Shown: piece by piece, positions 57,178 through 64,000 of the stretch
Numbering within the stretch: position 1 is the first letter of the stretch
Layout: every line of letters begins with the position of its first letter
Assembly (NCBI RefSeq): GCF_009914755.1
Contig: NC_060926.1
DNA from: the human T2T-CHM13v2.0 reference genome, Homo sapiens
DNA: 64,000 bases
Strand: one strand, 5' to 3'
Notes under the pieces: model-generated
The model's input: only the letters and a program-made list of their open reading frames with translations
The model's database searches: none
What the model was told of the DNA's origin: nothing
Made by a program: the position numbers and the translations under genes

Positions 57178-59006
57178 GTGGAGGGTCTGCTGGTGTCCTG
57201 AGGGTGTATGTTGCAGCTTTCCAGGGGCTGCTGGGCTGGGTCAGGGCAGTGCTGCCAGGGGACTCTCATCAAGGCCCATGTCATACAGATTGTTCTGGGG
57301 ATGGTGGTGTTTATCATTATGGTCATATTTTTAATTATTAATAAACTATTCAAGTAGAGGCAAGCTAGCCACTATTTTCCCTCCCCCTGGAAGAAAGACA
57401 ACACATTTTTGAGAACTGCAATGTAGATTAAAAACATATTTGGTGCCCAAAGTGATCTGAGAATGTATGTTCATGCAAAAAACCTGCATACGGATGTTTA
57501 TAGCAGCTTTAGTCATAATTGCCAATACTTGGAAGCAATCAAGATGTCCTTCAGCAGGTGAGTGGATAAATGAACTGTGCTGCATCCAATCAATGGAATA
57601 TGATTCCTCATGAAGAAGAAACGAGCTACCAAGTTGCAGAAAGACATGGAGGAACTTTAAGTGCATTTTGTTAAGTGGGCAAAGATAAACTGAGAAAGGC
57701 TACATACTGGGTGACTTCAACTATATGACATCCTGGAAAAGGCAAAACTATGGAGGCAGTAAAATAATCAGTGGTTACAAGGGGTTTTGGGGAAGGGAGG
57801 AATAAAAAGAGGATCACAAAAGATGTGTAGGGCAATGACACAACTCCATGATACCATCATGGAAGACACATGAGTGCATTTGACAAAACCTATGGAATTC
57901 ACACCAAGATGCAAACCCAATGAACTATGAACTTTAGTAATAATGTACGAATATTGGCTATAACTAACGTATTGCACCAATGCAAAGTGTTAATAATAGG
58001 GGAAAACTGTGAATGAGGGGAGAAGGAGTATATGAGAACTCTCTGTACTTTCTGTGCAATTTTGCTTCAAAACTCCTCCACGAAATAAAGTGCACTAATT
58101 TAAAAAATTCATACTTAGAGGTCTTAGTCCACTTCAGTGCAAACCAGATCAGAAAACAAATGATTAAAAACACATGAAACACCAATAAAGAACTAGAAAT
58201 CTCCAACTTTTCACTTGATGTTTACGTAGACACCTTTGAAAAGAAGTAAAAGAAGGTAGATAAAACACAATATTGAGAGCAAGTTGACCGATGGTTGACA
58301 TTGCAAGGAAGTTTCAGTCTGTACAAGATGCATCAGGATACATCCAATTTGAAGAAACTGCAATAAAAACATCCTTCAAAACCCATCTGATGAATGAAGA
58401 ACAACTTCAGACAGCACTGAAAGATGCTTCGAAGGGAAAATCTAATGTTCCAAGAAGCCTAAAGTGGAAGTAGAAGGATAGAAACGGAGAGTGAGTAAAG
58501 TTATTACAATAAAAATGTTCTAAAACTATAAAGAGAGGTAGGTTAAGCCTCTGGATGGACAGTTGCAACAAATAAGAATTTTCGCTAGTGTTATTGGAAA
58601 AAACAATGTGGATAGCAGGAACTTGAAAATACATATTGTGAATGCCACGAAAATGAAGACCTCCTAGAAGATGACTCAAAGGAATTTCAAAGAAAATGAT
58701 TGATGTGGCTGAATTAAATATTTACTTTAAAACTTTTGAAGAGGAAACCAAACGTATGCTAAGTTAACTCAGGAAGATGAAATAGCCGATGCACTTAAAG
58801 ATCACATAAAAATCCTCTAAACTGAGAAAGCATCATTGCAGTTGGAGGAAAATCAGTTAGAAAAGGAAAAGCAACCACTCCCGAAGGAACTTCAAATCTT
58901 CTTAGAAATGCACCAAGAAGAAATGAGCATTCAACAAATATCTGATTTGGGGAGACTGTATTCTGTAAGATAGGAGAGTAGTTTTCCAAAGCAGATGAAA
59001 ACATGC
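57178..59006 (+). pseudogene. CTAGE5/MIA2 (retrocopy): Ancient processed pseudogene of cTAGE5 (MIA2/CTAGE5), N-terminus through first coiled-coil region; split by L1MC
   Basis: Collinear blocks vs recalled cTAGE5: YVAAFQGLLGWVRAVLPG ~ YLGLLLEELRRVVAALPE; TM helix 57280-57345; MVDIARKFQSVQDAS..KTSFKTHLMNEEQLQTALKDA ~ MADISKRIQSLEDES..KMTFKIFQMNEERLKIAIKDA; KKMIDVAELN..KTFEEE ~ KKLIHAAKLN..KTLEGE; LKDHIKIL*TEKASLQ ~ LTEHIKNLQTEQASLQ; FSKADENM ~ LSKVDEKI. No introns; frameshifts and stops. Confidence 0.85.
57454..58107 (+). mobile_element. L1MC1-like 3' end inserted within cTAGE5 fossil
   Basis: aaaacctgcatacggatgtttatagcagcttt, caagatgtccttcagcaggtgagtggataaa, ctggaaaaggcaaaactatggag, gaactctctgtactttctg. 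Confidence 0.85.
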
Positions 59007-59008
59007 TA

Positions 59009-59230
59009 CAGTACCTGATAGTCACAATAAATGACTATGTTACTGGCTTATGTGCTTGTTATCCTATACATTTTTATTGTGATTTTAGAGTGTACTCTTT
59101 CTACATATATATGTATATATATATATACACACACACACACATATATATAGTGTGTATATATACGAAGAGTGTATATATACGAAGAATATATATATATATG
59201 CACTCTTCATATATATATATACTCTTTATG

Positions 59231-59269
<39 letters not shown>

Positions 59270-59597
59270 TTTAAAGTAACAATAAAACAGTCTCAGGCAG
59301 ATCCTTCAGGAGGTAGTCTAGAAGAAGGCATTGCTATCAGCGGAGATGACAGATCCATGCACGTTATTGCCCCTGAAGACCTTCTGGTGGGACAAGATGT
59401 GGAGGTGGAAGAGAATGATATTGATAACTCTGACCCTGAGTAGACCTAAGTTAATGTGTGTGTTTGTCCCTTCATTTTTAATACAAAAAGTTTAAAAATA
59501 AATAAATAATTTTAAAAATAGAAAAAAGCTTACGGAGTAAGAATATAAAGAGAAAAATATTTTTGTGCAGCTGTACACTGTGTTTGTGTTTTAAGCT
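59009..59597 (+). mobile_element. Tigger3 (Golem) internal fragment with (TA)n expansion at 59104-59266
   Basis: aataaatgactatgttactgg, gttattgcccctgaagaccttc, gtgggacaagatgtggaggtggaaga, tgtgtttgtgttttaagct. Confidence 0.85.
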
Positions 59598-59877
59598 TTA
59601 ATGCTGCCTGGGACTCGCTAGGTCACCGCTGCTCCTAGTGATCTCTCCCTCCTCCAGACAGAGCATTACTAACATGGGTCACAGTCACAGCTCCTACACG
59701 CAGGGCTTGTATGGTTCACTTTACCTCACCCTCAAGGTACTGGAGACTGATAATCTATTCAGTGTAGCACCCCATCACTTACAAATATCTTTCACTTTGT
59801 CTCATTCAATATTCCCAATTCTGAGAAGTAGGTAAGTGCAACAAATTCTCATAAAACTTAGTGGCTTAAATAATGGC

Positions 59878-60538
59878 TTTATTTATTTATTTCTGAGACA
59901 GGGTCTCACTCTTGTCAATCAGGCTGGTGTGCAGTGGCAGTCCTGACCAACTGGGCTTAAGCAATCCTCCCATCTCAGCCTTCAGAGTGCCTGGGACCAC
60001 AGGCAAGTGCCACCATGCCCAGCTAACTTTTTTGTATTTTTTTATAGAGATGGTGATGTGGTTTGGCTGTGTCCCCACCCAGATCTCATCTTGAGTTGTA
60101 TCTCCCATAATTCCCATTGTTGTGGGAGGGACCTGGTGGGAGATAGTTGAATCATGGTGGCAGTTTCCCCCATACTGTTCTCATGATAGTGAATAGGTCT
60201 CACGAGGTCTGATGGTTTTATGAGGAGAAACCCCTTTTGCTTGGCTCTTACTCTGTCTTTGCCTGCCACCATCCATGTAAGATGTGACTTGCTCCTCCTT
60301 GCTGTTCACCATGATTATGAGGCTTCCCCAGCCACGTGGAACTGTAAATCCAATTAAACCTCTTTCTTTTGTAAATTGTCCATTCTCAGGTATGTCTTTA
60401 TCAGCAGTGTGAAACAGACTAATATAGATGGGGGCTCATGATGTTGTCCAGACTGGCCTTAAACCCCTGGGCTCAAGCAATCTTCCCATTGTAGCCTCCC
60501 AAAGCACTGGGATTACATGTGTGAGCCACTGCACCTGA
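59878..60538 (-). mobile_element. AluJ split by a solo THE1 LTR, sitting in MLT1-like sequence (~59830-60670)
   Basis: Alu halves 59878-60053 and 60427-60538 rejoin at gagatgg/gatgggg; MLT1-like aaaacttagtggcttaaa and ttttgctcac..tggtgtcagctgggc flank it. Confidence 0.85.
60054..60426 (+). mobile_element. Solo THE1B/C LTR
   Basis: tgatgtggtttggctgtgtccccaccc...gactaatata; perfect TSD gatgg at 60049-60053 and 60427-60431. Confidence 0.95.
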
Positions 60539-62616
60539 TATTTTGCTCACACATTTATGATGTGCTTTGGGCTGAGAAATGGCAAGTCAGCCCTGTTCCA
60601 TTTGGTGTCAGCTGGGCCAGCTTAAAGGCTGGGCATAGAACCACTGGGAGGCTCACTCACTCCCACATCTTTAGGTATCTGCTCCAGGGAGCAATGTAAG
60701 CTCCACAGCAGAAGAAGCACATGTGGGAAGGGAAGTGCAGCCCTCTTGGACTGTGCAATGGCCACAGAAGTTATGAACATACCCATTTTACCCGTAAGGA
60801 AACCAAGACACACTGCAGCTAAAAGGTGGCCCAAACTCCCTCAGAGAAGAGCAAGAACTCAAACTCAGACCAGTTTGCCCTTCTTTTTCTTTTCTTTGTT
60901 TGTTTTTTTGTTGTTGGACTTTGTGCTTTGTTGATTTGTTGGATTCATTGTTGTTTCTTTTTATCTTGAACCTGGTAAGCAGCCCAGCCAGGATACAAAC
61001 TATGGTTATTCTTACACTGAATCCAAATGGATTCTCAAGATCTAAGCCTTCTCCTTTATTTTGAAATCAAGGGAGGTAGAGTAATTCATTAAAAGCCAAA
61101 TAAGGCCACTTTTCCCCATATCAATCCTGTGGTTGGGGCCTCTCCCTGCAGGGGTGCAGAAGCTGTGTCCTCTATGGAGGAGCACTCAGTGGGGCTCTTG
61201 AGTCAGGCTGCCTGGCTCCATTCCAGTCCTAGAGACTTAGCTAAGGAGCCTCAGGAAAGTTACTTAACCTCCATTCTTAGTTCTTCCAGAGATAGAATGG
61301 AGGTAACCACAATACCTACCCAAGGGTTGTCATCAGGATCAAATGAGGTAACTGGCAGTTAACAGAGCAGCTAGAACACAGCACCCGCTGCACGGTGCCT
61401 GGAACAAAGCAGATACATGCAGGCATTAACAGATGATCCAAATTGATACAGGCACGCTTACTAATTCACCTAATACATTTCATTGAGCAACTTGCATCTT
61501 GAGAACTACTGAAGTTTTCTGAACTTAGCTCTGGAAACTTTGATATCTCACATTCCTTTTTCAAGCCTCAGTTTCTTTATCTGTGCAATCACCATACATT
61601 TATTAGCTCCAAAATTTTTCCAGCTTTCCTATTTATGACCTCTAATCTATACAGTATAGTAACTTTATTTATAGTTAACAGTCTGCAGGATTATTATCAC
61701 AGCATCCTGATTTGAAGCCTGGAGGTTCTCTTATTTTAAAGGGGAATTGTATAAAGCAGGAAAAAAAACATTGGTTTTACTCTTTGGGGAAAAAAAAAAG
61801 AAGACCTGTTACTAACATTTTGTCATAAGCTTGTCTCGTATCATTAGTCTTATACTGAAGAAATAAATAATGTTTCTCAAAACACAGTACTTGAAGCAAT
61901 TTAATTTATTGTGACATTTCTTTGTGATGTTTCTACCTGTATTTTTCCTAGTATATTCCAGGAATAAGAAAAGATCCTTGGACTTCATGGTCTCAAGTGG
62001 ACTTTGTGTTTTTGCCACCAGTCTGCAGGAGGAAGAGTGGGAGTTTGCTGTCTTCACATTTCGGGAAAGCCTGGGCCAGCTGAAGTGGCTACAATTGGGT
62101 CCTGGGGCAGAAAAGCAGAGGAAGTGTCAGAGAGGAAAATAGCAGAAACAGGCCCTGAAAGGCCATATCCTAAGACAGGGGAGAGGTCAGCGGCCCAAGG
62201 AAGAGGCCCCAACCTCACTACCCGACAGCTCTGTGGGGAGATGAAGGACCTCTGTGGGGTCTCCAGGTGGTGCTCTTGGAGAGGTTGTATGCCAGCTTAT
62301 TCCAAAAGAGGGGCTCCCAGACTGAGCAAATGTCTGGCCTGGATCTGCCAGATCAGGTGAACCACCTGCTTTCAAGGACCAATGAAGCTGAGATGATGAG
62401 GATGTGAGCAGTGACCTCAATGAGTGAGAGAGGAGGCTTCCTGACATTTTGGGGGCCATGTAAGCTGTCTGTGATCTGATGAGGCCTTATGGGAGACAGG
62501 GAGCCCCCAAATAATGCAGCTTGACTATTCCAGCTGCCAAGTAGGGTATGGGCTCATAGTCAGGTTTAATTTGATATAAAGGAAATATAGCAAGGTAACC
62601 TTCCTTTCATAACCCA

Positions 62617-62649
62617 CTGTATGACTCTTATGCATTAAGAGTCATACAG
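62617..62649. repeat. 14-bp perfect inverted repeat with 5-nt loop
   Basis: ctgtatgactctta-tgcat-taagagtcatacag. Confidence 0.95.
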
Positions 62650-63534
62650 CAGAGTCATCCCGAGTACTCCACTAAAATAAGGGCATTTTGGGTCCCTTGG
62701 AAGGTAACTTGGAAGTTACCTGAAGGTAACTGACATAGCATCATAATCTTCACTTTTGCACATGCTGTTTCTTTATTTTAGACCATTTCTTCTCATCACT
62801 ATTGATATCCACATTCATTTTAGCCTTGAAGGCACGTGTCAGCTGATCTTTCAGTATCCATGGAAGCTCTGTGTGGCAGGAAGTGCAAGATGCATGACGT
62901 ATATTGTCTCATTTAGCCTTCATCACTGCAGAGAATAAGTTACTATTATTCTCACACTATAGAAACCAGATAAGAAATCAAGGCTAACCCCAGCTAGATG
63001 ACTCTCTGACATACTACACTAAGAGAGAAATGAACTAGACCTCAGATCAGCTCCCATCCAACTTTAAATTCTTTCGAAAAAAAAAATCTCTGTTACCTGT
63101 CCTCTTTATTTGAGAGGTTTCCCCACATTGACTCAGACAACCTTGGGTCACAGAAGACTCAAGAGCCCCAGCAGTGCTAGGGACGCCACAGGACAGGGTG
63201 GCCGTCTTTATCACGAGTTCATCCAAGGCCCTAAATGCTTGATTCTGACCACACACTTAACCAGGAGAGGGACTCTGTGCTGCAGTAACACCGGGCATCA
63301 AGTATGCTGAGGGGTAAAAGTGACCTTGGAGTTTAGACAAACAAAGCCATGGCTCCAGCTAGAATCACCCATCACCCTGCGGAGGGTGGAGGACAGACTG
63401 CAGTGGTTGGGGGACTGGAGAGAGAATGTGTGTCTCCAAGGCAAGAGGGAGCTACTGCAGGGACACAGGCAAGGAGCCATGGTGGGGGCCATGAAGAGAC
63501 AGAGGCAGACACAGAAAGACAGAAAGGCAGACAG

Positions 63535-63910
63535 TGTATAAGTACTGGTTGGCTAGGGTGCCACAACAAAACACCAGAGACGGGGGCTTACACAGCAAAT
63601 GTTTATTCTCTCACAGCTCTGGAAGCTGGAAGGTTAAGATCAAGGTGTCAGCCGGGCTGATTTCCCCCAAGCTCTCTTTCCCGGGTTGCTGATCACCAGC
63701 CTCTCATGATACCCCCATGGTCTTCCCTCTGTGTGTGTCTGTGTCCAAATTTCTTCTAGTCCCATTGGATTAGAACCCACCCTGATGGCCTGATTTTAAC
63801 TTTATCACCTATTTAAAAGCCCCATCTCCAAAGGCTGCCAATATTCTGAAGTCCCTGGGGGTTAGGGTTTCAATATATGAATTTTGAGGGCACCGACTTT
63901 AGCCCATAAT
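63535..63910 (-). mobile_element. MLT1B-like LTR
   Basis: tttattctctcacagctctggaagctggaag, catggtcttccctctgtgtgtgtctgtgtcc, gggggttagggtttcaatatatgaatttt. Confidence 0.85.
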
Positions 63911-64000
63911 GAGGGAGTGGTAGGGAGACTACAGCCCCAATACAGAGCTCCTGTGTACTTTGAGGGGTGAGGGTGGATGACTGCTGGGCTCTCAGGGAAG

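Noticed and set aside
56898-57341. 147-aa ORF as an intact gene
   Set aside because: Only a short stretch is in the cTAGE5 frame; it frameshifts before the TM helix, so it is part of the pseudogene.
59003-59443. 146-aa ORF with acidic tail
   Set aside because: Tigger3 sequence plus (TA)n; not a transposase core or host gene.

Overview
Primate (simian, human-like) nuclear DNA, AT-rich and repeat-dense, with no recognisable intact protein-coding exon, RNA gene or CRISPR array. It reads as intergenic or deep-intronic. About half is transposon-derived: ~12 Alus (J, S and Y types), many L1 fragments (two with 5'-inversion structure), L2/MIR, MaLR LTRs (MLT1, a full-length THE1 provirus, a solo THE1 LTR), an LTR33-like element and DNA transposons (MER1A x2, MER2 x2, MER3, MER5A, Tigger3). 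Two retrocopied host mRNAs are hidden among these. (1) An ancient, heavily diverged, intronless cTAGE5 (MIA2/CTAGE5) fossil at ~57178-59006 is split by an L1MC-type element; its transmembrane segment is almost wholly replaced by other hydrophobic residues, which suggests a former functional retrogene. (2) A 5'-truncated ENAH retrocopy at ~36946-39906 holds only the last ~17 codons plus ~2.3 kb of 3'UTR and carries two inverted Alus. There are also clear template-switch repair scars (17342-17490, 27050-27157), a complex 46-bp minisatellite, a CpG-rich Z-DNA-prone tract and a palindrome cluster. Family and parent-gene calls come from recalled consensus or parent sequences, not from a database search, so they need RepeatMasker/BLAST confirmation.
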